A stretch of 64,000 nt of DNA from assembly GCF_006345805.1 (NCBI RefSeq), contig NC_043000.1, positions 88,474,001 to 88,538,000 of the forward strand, in the 5' to 3' direction. This DNA comes from Octopus sinensis. Taxonomy: Eukaryota. Below the pieces are notes generated by a model. It made no database searches, was not told the origin of the DNA, and saw nothing but the letters and a program-made list of their open reading frames with translations. Position 1 is the stretch's first letter; every line of letters starts with the position of its first letter. A program made the position numbers and the translations under genes. Below, piece after piece: positions 24,990-36,152 of the stretch.

Positions 24990-25051
24990 TGTTATTGAAT
25001 CAAGGGTTTTATTTAAAGTGCACTTTAAATAAAACCCTTGATTCAATAACA
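24990..25051. repeat. Perfect 62-bp palindrome, no spacer
   Basis: TGTTATTGAATCAAGGGTTTTATTTAAAGTG|CACTTTAAATAAAACCCTTGATTCAATAACA, checked base by base. Confidence 0.97.
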
Positions 25052-25736
25052 TTTTTTTTTACCGGAACTGTCTGTTCAGCTTCCTTGAAATAAATAAGGA
25101 TATGCGATTTACAAAAGGACAACCTGTACTATGATTATTGGTACGCAGAGTAGTTTGTTTAATGATACATTAGATTTTACTGTAAACGTATTGTTCGTTG
25201 TAGGTAAAGAACATTATATTATATCTCAATAAAATCTTTCACCGATGCCATCAGGATATTGTCGAGATATTAATATTTGTTTAGCGGGCAGCAACTTAAT
25301 CACTTATTATTTTCTTAACCATATTGCTAGCAGGTCTGTTTTGTATAACAATGTGAATTTGGGGAAATTACCCATTTATATTCAAAAGGTAATGTCTATG
25401 TTGAAAGGCAATTTAATTTTTCCTTTTGTTGAGACAAATTATAAGAGGTGTTCATGCAGTGAATTTCTATGTTTATAATCAACAGGAACAAGAAAGACAT
25501 TCAAAATTATATAACAAAACAAGAAATGTATAGTAGCTACGAAAGGTAAATTCTGAGTGCTTCCAAAGTTGTATTTGTTTGGTAAGTAACTTGATCTGGG
25601 ACAGAGTGTGGCAGGTGAAACAATCACATGAAATACTAATTTCTTGACATTTAAGAACATGTGGAGATGTATTTGCATAGCAAGTGATTTGATCTGAGAT
25701 CGTGTGCTGGAACGAAAACAATTGCAGCGTGGAAGG

Positions 25737-25977
25737 TGTTTGTAAGCCATTTAAGAAACACACAAAAGCCGTTCGATTCACTTCAACATTTAAGTTTAAT
25801 TTGTCAAAATATTTTCGTCGCTATAAGACCGCAGCCTGTTCACTGACAAAAATAGCACGGATTTTTGTCAGTGAACAGGTCGCGGTCTTATAGTGACGAA
25901 AATATTTTGACAAATTAAACTTAAATGTTGAAGTGAATCGAACGGCTTTTGTGTGTTTCTTAAATGACTTACAAACA
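25737..25977. repeat. 241-bp fold-back (117-bp inverted arms, 7-nt loop)
   Basis: Arms 25737-25853 and 25861-25977 with about 4 mismatches; loop AGCACGG. The near-identical opposite-strand ORFs 25702+ and 25821- reflect it. Confidence 0.95.
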
Positions 25978-26025
25978 TTTAAGAACATGTGAAATTTACT
26001 ATATTCATCCATTTTGTATAAAATG

Positions 26026-26771
26026 TTCTGGTGTCCGCTGAATTTTCTCTAGAGCACATTCTTTCTTTGTAGTTTGATTGTAGGTGATCTATTTCTAGCA
26101 TATGGCTGTCCACATAGTGGTTTTAGCCCTTAATATACACATGTATTAGAATTTTCTCTGATTTTTTCTGATTTTTGTATGCTAGGCTACTGGTTTTAAA
26201 TTGATATTAACTAAATTAATATTTAATTTATCTCCCTATTATTTAAATGTTAAAATAATTATGTTCTCTAATAGGCAGCATTAACTGCAGTAAATTATTT
26301 GCTGCAGATTTTGTTTCCGGAATTTAGCACGCCAGAACTCAGACATTTGAAATTAACCCCAATGTAATCGGTAGAACTAAGCACGTGTCTGTAAAACTGG
26401 TGGTTGGTTTTACAAATTATATTGCTTTTAGAACGATCGTACTGATGAGCCCTTCGGACGAAGGATTACGTAAGTGATTTATTCGTTAATAGACGAAACC
26501 GGTATACGATTAATTCTTGATTTTTATATAATTTTCATCTGTCTTGCCCGCCTATTTTTCTGGTGTCCGCTGAAGCTTCTCTAGAGAACATTCTTTCTTT
26601 GTAGTTTGATCGTAGGTGATCTATTTCTAGCATATGGCTGTCCACATAGTGGTTTTTAGCCCTTAATTTACACATGTATTAGAATTTTCTCTGATTTTTC
26701 AGATTTTTGTATGCTAGGCTACAATTGATATTAATTAAATTAATATTCCATTTATCTCCCTCATTATTTAA
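26026..26771. repeat. Partial tandem duplication, ~215-220-bp direct repeats, period 532 bp
   Basis: TTCTGGTGTCCGCTGAA...TTATCTCCCT(C)ATTATTTAA at 26026-26246 and 26558-26771, with scattered substitutions and small indels. Confidence 0.95.
26436..26510 (+). ncRNA. Type I hammerhead ribozyme with intact catalytic core
   Basis: AUCGUA-CUGAUGA-G...C-GAAAC-CG-GUA/UACGAU. Stem I is a perfect 6 bp (26436-41 with 26505-10); core CUGAUGA 26442-48; GAAA 26495-98; palindromic stem III ACCGGU; predicted cleavage after A26504. Confidence 0.75.
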
Positions 26772-29700
26772 TATATATATATATATATATATAAAAAATT
26801 GGATTTGTAGGACTTTTGTTACAGTCAGATATAAACTACCACTGTTTCCTCTTGTTATTTGTATTCCATATTTGATTATTTAATCTACAATGACTATACC
26901 TTTAAATTGTGTTTTTTAACAGAATTTTGTCTTACATCATGGTGGGCATGCTTTGAGCGCTTAGAGACGCCGTTTGCTATGTTTTAAATTGTTTCAAAAT
27001 TTGTTTGAAATAATAAAAAGGTAGGTAAGTCGAGGTAAAGTAATAATAACATGGATAAGGTTAATAGAAATAATTATCCGTGAAAAGACACCCTCCCCCA
27101 CAAAAAAAACGTTGATTTATTAAACACTTTTCAAAGTTAGATCCGTATACGACATTTTTAACTAGTATTGCCTCCGATGAAGAAGCAGCCTATTTCAAGT
27201 TTAAATACAATATAACTGAAATGAAACGTATTTTTTCAACGAAGATGCTGACACCAAGAAAGACAAAGAAGCATTCTCAAGTCTGGCTTCTGTTTATCTC
27301 AAGAATGAGTTTACTTTCTGTATATTTGTTACTACTTTCTATGGCAATTTCAGAAGTTCTCATAGAATCATGTATACATCAGTTTCTAATGAAAAGAAAT
27401 AGTAGTCTGAATTATCAATGCATCTTATGTGAAACTATCAAACAACAGGTATAATATATTATTCACAAGAACAAGAAATAAAATAATTTAGAAATCCTTC
27501 TTTCTTTCTTGTTAGTATTATTTCCGTAAACGGGATAGTGCAATTAAGAATCAAAGCTGAATCTCATGCAGCTGTGAATAAATATATAGCATTGCTTTAT
27601 ATTGTCTTTGTAGCTCCATCTACTTTGTGAAATTTTACAAGTAGTATTTTCATGAAATATTAATCTGCTGTCCAATTTTTCTCACTAAAGAAAGCGATAT
27701 CGGGAATATTTGACACTGTATATATTGACAGTGCACTTTATGGATATTAATACTAAAATTTGAAAGACAAGAGATGATATTGATTTTTCTGATTTATATT
27801 TCTTTAACAAACCCATTTTCTAAAAAAGATTGTAGGTTAATGGGAATTATAATTCTGAAGTAAAATGTAAAACAGTGAATGCAAAGATTTGTGATGAAGT
27901 GAAACGCAATGAAGTATATCATCAGCAAATACTGATTTTCTGAAATTAATTCGTCATTAAACTAGACATTTTTGTAGTAGTTAAATTTATTTTATGAAAT
28001 GTATTTGTCATAATTGAATATTTAAGAATGGTATCGAGGCTAATCTTTCATCACCTAGCGTAAGCTTAGTAAACACCTGTAAATATTCCCGTTTGATAAT
28101 CTGCACTAGGTTTCCTTTTTTTGTCGAAAGTTCCATAAAGACATTAAATATAATATTTAGTTAAATATTAGGAGGAGCCAAGATAAAGATTTGAAATTTG
28201 GATCTAAAATCTGAAACGATGGTACCAGTTCCTGAATTGATACTTTAAATCTTCGTTTGCTTTCCATTCAATCAATTCTTATTGCATTTTTGTTTCTATT
28301 GCAGAAAATCTGGATATTTCCCAGCAAAATATTCAAATATTTTGAAGGGACTTACGTGATGTTTCTCAATAATCGATGTAAAACCTAAGCGCCTTCATGG
28401 TACAATTCTTAATTTCAGTGCAAAAAGACTGGGAGGGAGATAGGTTCTCCCACGCTTCAAGCTGCACTTGAACAGAATAAGGTTGGGAAATATACATTAA
28501 CAGTCTGCGATTTAACCGTTTTCAATTCATCTGCTTCCATCTACAAATTAATTTCGTTAAAGTAGAAATATGTCTGGCATTAAAAATATTCACTTTTAAA
28601 CTTCAAATTGCCTTATATGAAAGCATATTTGTGTACAAATAGTCCTAAATCTGCTTTTTAGAAAACCTATAAAAGCGGTAGCCTTCGACAACTAGTGAAC
28701 TTCAATGTAGAATAACAAACTATTAGATTCTTCACGAGGGTAGTCCACTATGAGTAGCATTCTATCAGTCACATCAATTATTATAATTTGTTTTACGAAT
28801 CTTCTTTCCTGAAAAAAAAAATACAATATCGATATCTGTTCCAAAATGCATGCAACGAAAATTAGGCTGTCTTCACAAGAATTACATACTATGTCTTCTA
28901 CGTGTACAGTTCTTCCGTAAATTCTTTATTAATTTTCATGATCATTCACAGAAATTTGCTTATTGCTTATTTTCAGTCCCTCGTGTGTGATTCGCACTTG
29001 GTGCAATAACCTCACTAACAAATTCTAGTATCAATTATTCATTAATTGAATTTGACTTTCTAAATTTAGCAATCAGTGATGAAATTTTGTAAGTGGCATA
29101 TAGCTCATCCATCATAATCCTACTTTAACACTTGGCAACGTGGGCTGTTTGCAAAATTGATCTCCCACAGCTTTAAAATGCGATAGCTATTAGTGTGTGC
29201 GCGCGGGTTGGGTGGTGGAAGAAGATTGTCAACATAAATTATTTGTAAGAGCTTTTCACGTCATGATTTTGTTTTGGAAAACAGGCACGTTGATAATAAA
29301 CTGCTTGTAGGTATCAAAAGTCATGAAACAAATATTTGATACTGTACGCTAACATTTCTTTAATACTGCCATGATTTATAACAATAAAATATGCATATAT
29401 TGATAGACAGAGCACATTTAGGCTAGTTGAAATACATTTCGCGAAACTACTCGTTTACAATAAATACCTGACCACATCGTCAGACATGTTTACAATAAAC
29501 TCAACAAATACTTAGAGAGATACCAGAAACATTGTAATCTTTGTAAGTCTAAATGTTTCACGTAGTCCCACAATCAATAAGTTGGAAAATGCTATAGTGC
29601 ACATTGGATCCTACCAATAATTATAGGACAATTAAAGAATAATTTTGGCACCATTTCAGTTTTTACTTCTAATAATGTATTTTATGAAATAATTTCAACT

Positions 29701-30228
29701 AGACATGGTGATCCCATTGGATAGTGGGGCCTATCAATATGCATTCCATTTACACTGGTCCGTTTTTCAATAGATCAACAGGAAATACAGAATTTTATTA
29801 ACGACACCTTGGTGTCTCAATGTTGCATAGAGGAATTAGAATAAACGCGACTTCCTCACGTTTACATATGCGTGTATCACCATCACTTGGATTGTGAATT
29901 TGGTGTGCACGCAATATTTGCTCGTAGCACATTTCATGAATATATTGCCTTCTCATCATCATTCATTTCATCAACCACTAAAACGAAACTGCAATATGCA
30001 CAGGAACACAGTCTCTTATGTGAAATATCTCATTTTCTATACAATTGATCCTAACTCTGTGAATCTCAAAATTTGTACAATTGATTCTAATTGTATGAAT
30101 CTCAAAATTTGTAGCAAGACACAGGTCAGTTGCAAAATAATAAGAACAAAAGTAGGAAAGAAAACGATCGTAAAATCCTAAAGATTTTAAATGAACATAA
30201 ACCAACTAATATCATGATCCAAACTTCT

Positions 30229-30273
30229 GTGGTACTGAAGAGTTTATAAGGAGGACGAAATGACGTTATCTAC
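30229..30273 (+). ncRNA. Degenerate hammerhead-like motif
   Basis: GTGGTA-CTGAAGA-GTTT(ATAAGGA)GGAC-GAAA-TGACGTTA-TCTAC. Core and stem II are plausible; stems I and III are imperfect. Confidence 0.35.
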
Positions 30274-31116
30274 AGCTACGACACTTAAAATGGAAAAAAA
30301 TATTATAGGGACATATTATTCCCTGTGCTCTGTCACTCATAAGAAAAAGACCTCTCATAATCAAAACAATTTTAAACCTTGAACCGGTTCTCTGCCCCTT
30401 AAAGTGAAACTTCACTCTCTCTTTTATTTCTTTGTAAACTGTCTCTCTGTTTGTCTGTCTGTCTGTCCCTTTTTCTTTCTCTCTCTCTTTCTCTCTCTTA
30501 CCCCGAAAGCAACTCTTAGTGGCAGCACCACAATCTTCAGTCAAGTTTCCTATGGATATCAATATATTTCATTATATTTTATCTATTTTATTTTTGCTTA
30601 CATCATTCATAAATACGCAGTGAATGAGGGTTTAAAATGAAATGCTTGCTGAGACGGCTGCTTGTGCTTTGCGATTGTTTTCCACTGCAATTGTTTACAT
30701 ATTATGACATATACAGGATAACTAGCTAGTGATATAGTGGATATAGAATAGGTACTGAATATAATAACATTTTTCATGAAACGTCGATTTGTTTATCAGA
30801 AACAATCTATAATTATGTCAGGAATCCAAGATTCTTAATCGGCCTAATATGCCTTTCTCCCTAATATATACAGGAAAACAGAAATCACGCTAGGTATTTG
30901 TATTCCTATTGTTAGTTCTGTACTAAGGAATATATAATGTGAAAATCATTAATTTTGTATATACACTATTACATAAAATTATATTGTCAACAGATGTTAA
31001 AAATGAAGAAATATCAGGAGTTTCAGGGTAAATAATTCCTTCCGCTTAACCAAAATAGATATTTGACTAATTAAAATCAAAGGAACAAAAATGTATCATA
31101 TATTGAGTATATATAC

Positions 31117-31164
<48 letters not shown>

Positions 31165-31395
31165 TACAGGGCATTACTATACATAAATGCCACACGCTAG
31201 GAGGGACTCTTAAAGTCAAAACTACCAAAATAAGTAAACACATCGTACCGAAGGCGAGGGAATGCAACTCTCGAAGCTATATAATATAAATAATTATATT
31301 TAAGAGAAATATTGGTGGATTTTTCTCTTATGAGGTTTTTCACGCTAACTACTTGATAAATTCTTATAAAAAAATTTATCCTATTTAATATATAT

Positions 31396-31450
<55 letters not shown>

Positions 31451-31453
31451 CAA

Positions 31454-31484
<31 letters not shown>

Positions 31485-31486
31485 AG

Positions 31487-31587
<101 letters not shown>

Positions 31588-32991
31588 TATATTAAGTATA
31601 GATATATATCTAAACATCATATATAAGCACCATAAAAAAAATTGGTGATGTTATAATATTGCTTGCGAAAGATTTTATCCTTATGAGTCATATCTAACGT
31701 TAATTACAATGGTTGAATCAATATTTTTTTCAACTTACTCCAAATAGAAATATGCTCATTGGTAAAATATGTAGTAACTTCACCTATTTTCCCGCAGTCT
31801 GCAGAACATTAATAAAATTGAACTCATCATACACATGGAATATTTTTGTAGCTAAAGCAACGAGACACTTGGATATTAAGGATCCCCACCATGTACACAC
31901 ACTGGTATAGCAGACTAGTCATGTTCTATTCAATATTCTGATCAGCTACTGCCTACTTAAGGAATGAATGAATGAATAAATAAATAATTAAAATATATGG
32001 TATGAAAATTCGTATCCCGTTATTCAGCTTTTTCCTTAAAGCAAGTTAATGTATCGAAGTTAAGTAAGAGATGTCTCGTTTTAAACAATATAACGTATCA
32101 CCTGGAACAAGATACACTCGTTATTTTATGGCAATCAGTTGCAATTGTGATTCTAACAACATTTTTGAAACGCAGGAGGCATAAAGGATGTTGTATTTAA
32201 ACGTAACATCAAATATGTGTTTTGCTAAGACAGTATGTATATGTGATTATTATCAAGTTCTTTAATTTCTTTCCACGTTTCTCTGTAGCAGTACATATTT
32301 AAAGAAAATAGAACATAAGACTTATGTAGTTATCAACGGAAAACGATTTCCAAATATCTTAAAATGAAGCATTTTATTCCGGAAATGTGTTGCATTAAAA
32401 CAGTTAAGAAGTGAAAAAGTAGGAGAAATGTTAAAAAATATAACTTCAGGATGAATTCGAAAAAATATGTGATAGAAAAATAAGAATTAGAAAAAACAAA
32501 ACAATAAGAAGAGAGAAATATATGTGTAAGGAAGCAGGTATATAGATAAATAATGATAGAAATGGCAGAGAGGAGGGAGAGAAGGAGGGGATATTCATAT
32601 GGCAAGTGAGAGTAAAGATTAAAATATTCAATAGTGAATAGTTCAAAATACAACCAAGATGTAAAAAAAATAACTCTGTAGATGTAGGCACAAATTTGTA
32701 AAGAGTGCATAATGTGATATAAGGGAAGAAAAAGGTAATTATGCGTACACACACATATTTGTTATATATATATATATATGTTTATATATAGTTATGTGTG
32801 TATATGAATCTGTTTATGTTTGTATGTATGTATGAACGTATGCATGTATGTCTGTATATATCAATGGATATACATATATAATTATATATATATACATGAA
32901 CAGATGCACAAATATAAAGAGAGAGAGAGAAGTGGATATTACAATATACATATATTTCATTATCAATACACAGCACATTTGCATAATTGTG

Positions 32992-33050
<59 letters not shown>

Positions 33051-33625
33051 ATAATACAAATAATATATAAATATATACATATATACATACATATGTACAT
33101 AACTACATATCTGTGAAAGAAGGTTTGAATTTTCATAGTATATTTCCACTCGTGCGGTACCTTACAACTTTACTTTGTTATATATATATATATATATATA
33201 TATTACATATATATATATATATGTGTGTGTGTGTGAGAGAGTGTGCAACCAGTCCTTCATAAAAGCATATATTTATTATCTATTTAATTATTGATAGCAT
33301 CATCTTTAGAATTCAAATCTAAAATGCGTTTGAATTTATTTAAAACCCTATGCGGAATTTGAATTTGAAACAGATATTTAAGTGCAAAGTATTGTATCGG
33401 AAACGGCAGATTGAATACGTATCAACTGTAACACATTCCGATTTTTTTTTGTTTTAAGAATCCTCTATTCGAAGTCAATGTTATCTTCTATCACTATTGA
33501 TATTTGTCATGTAATGTACGGTTAGAACTATGTGTAAACTCGTGTTATCATTGTTAATATAAACACAACCAACATAATCACATAGAGATAAATAAAACAA
33601 ATGTATTGCGTTTTGATATATTGAA

Positions 33626-33630
33626 ATCTA

Positions 33631-33661
<31 letters not shown>

Positions 33662-33684
33662 ATCTCTATCTATCTATCTATCCA

Positions 33685-33747
<63 letters not shown>
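33626..33747. repeat. (TATC)n tract, 5' flank of the Tx1 element
   Basis: Directly visible. Confidence 0.95.
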
Positions 33748-33964
33748 TGACGGATGTGATGTCGTTTCAGCTCCGAAGGTAATCATTTATTTTGACTATT
33801 TAAAAGTGTATATTGACAAACATTTTGTGCTTAAAAGTTGTGCAACAACATCCACTGTAACCCTTTGATAAATATCGACACAAAATTTTGCCCCTTGTGG
33901 GCAAAATTTAAAAGAAAAAATTCTCATAGCCTTCGTGGTTTCATTTAGCCATTTTATTTCCAAA

Positions 33965-36110
33965 ATGGCCACTGGCCACCACGAGGCTGAGTGCAAGTCA
34001 AGCGTGACGCAGAAGAAACAGAAAAACAGGATGCTCTGTTAGCATACGCCGAACCTGACAACTCCACCACCATCAACAGCAACAAATACAAAACAAGGTC
34101 GCAAGGCCAAGCACCGTCAACACCATCAGTGAGCCCACACCACCACCAACACCATGGCAGAATCTGCTACTAAAACTGCTATCCCTACTAAAGATATCGC
34201 CACCAATAACAATACCAACATCACCGCCACCAAAGACCGTGCCGTCAATGCTACTAATACTACCAACACCACCGCCGTCACCAAGAACGACAATAACAAC
34301 AACAACAACAACGACGACGACAACAACAATTCCCTTCAACCACTGCTCACTCCATCACCAACAAGTGAAAAAATAACGACGACAAGCAAACGAAATGTCG
34401 AAATTTGCCCCAGTGCAGGACTAAAGTACGCAGGCAATTTTCCACCCCTTCCTACTTGCACGATCGAACCAAACACACCAATTTTACAAACTGCAGCCAA
34501 CAACAACATCACCACAAGCAACAACAATAACAAAACAACAACAAATTTCGCTGAGGCGATTAAAGAAAAAAAACAACAATATACTTTACGGCTCAACAAA
34601 TACAGGATACGAACATCAAAATAACAGAATCAGAAGGTATAGTAAAAATAAACATACCAGAAGACATTTTGGAAAATGAAAAAGACGAACAATCATTTAT
34701 AAAATAGTAACAAAAAAACAAAATCCCAGAGAAGGCCAACACAAGCAAAATAGAGAAGTGCTTGAAACCCATCTGGGATCACAAAGAATATGTAACCTGG
34801 TGGAACAAATTTGCCCACATACAAGTTGTTTTCTACACCGAAGAGTTAGCTAGACATTTCTCAACGCTAACTCTTCACTCAGATGAACTCCAACTTACAC
34901 CAAGCTATCGGGGACAGAAAGTGACTAAGATCACTCTAAACAATGTCCCCAAAATAGCCAATAGTCTATGGCTTGTAAAGGCCTTATGCGTAAAAATGGC
35001 GAATTATAATATTTTGGAAACCACAGTCACAGAGCATAAAAACTGGGTGGGAAAAAAAAGTAGAATTTCTTCTACATATACATCATGAAGATATAAAAAA
35101 AATACCCACCCAGATATGTGTATCAGACGACCACAAGTTATATGTGGTCGTCGATGGCAGAAGACCACGTTGCTACATATGCGGCAGTGAGCAACACCTA
35201 AAAAAAGACTGCAAATCTGCCGCAAGAAAACAACAGCAACAACAACAGCAGCCGGAAACAAAAACAAATAAACAAGGTTTACTACCCACACCACTTTTTG
35301 CAGGAACAAACCTCACCAAACAAACAACCACACCAACTGCAGCACCAAGAACAGAAGCAGCATCACCAACAACAACAACCAAGATATACCAACTCCAAAC
35401 CAAGGACATCTGCCAAAAGGACACCCAGCAAAAATGAAGAAACAATTACAACTCCAAATCCCACAAAATTGAGACCCTAAACAACACAACAATACCACAA
35501 TCACTCAAACACAAAATACCCAACCCCACATCCAAAACCGCATACACCACAACCAAACGCTCACCAACCAACACCAACAACAAAACCAAAACAGTCGACA
35601 ATAGACCCCAATACTTTCCCTCTTCCAGACTCCGATTCGTCTGATCTGTCATTAGACGAAGAAGACACGGAAGATTGGCAAATAGCCACAGGGGGAGAAG
35701 AAAAAGGGGGAAAAAAAAAGAAAAGAAAAAATAACAAACAAAGCGGGAAGATACACCACTCCCGAAACAAAAACATCCACAGAAAACACACACATCAACA
35801 CAAACACACCATCATCAAACCCCCCAAAATGTGTTGACAGCCAAACACAAACAACCACGACCTAATGGAACACATTAGGTCAAACACTAACATTACTGAA
35901 AACGACATAAAAACAAGTAACCACCCACACACAACACCACCACAACACATTAAAATAATACACGTGACACAGAACACATACAGCACCCTGAAATCTCTCT
36001 ACCCTGATGCAGTAGGGAGATTTCAAAAGTACTCATCGAAAAAACTGTATAAAAGCCTCATAGAAGAAGACCGTGAGGTGAAAGACAAAGAACTTTCGAA
36101 AAACAAGTAA
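33965..36110 (+). pseudogene. ORF1 (gag-like, CCHC zinc knuckle), disrupted
   Basis: CYICGSEQHLKKDC (CX2CX4HX4C) at 35171-35212 within T/N/Q-rich low-complexity sequence; several frameshifts and stops. Confidence 0.75.
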
Positions 36111-36152
36111 CCTTTTCTCTCTCCTTTTCCTTTTTTGCACTTTTATCGGAAC

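Noticed and set aside
28356-28810. Minus-strand exon suggested by a strong acceptor (T10CAG) and donor (GTAAGT); similar case at 57972-58212
   Set aside because: All three frames contain stops. It could be non-coding exon sequence, but nothing in the sequence supports a CDS.
34073-35986. Minus-strand Val/Leu/Cys-rich membrane-like ORFs
   Set aside because: They are antisense shadows of the ACA/AAC-rich Tx1 ORF1.
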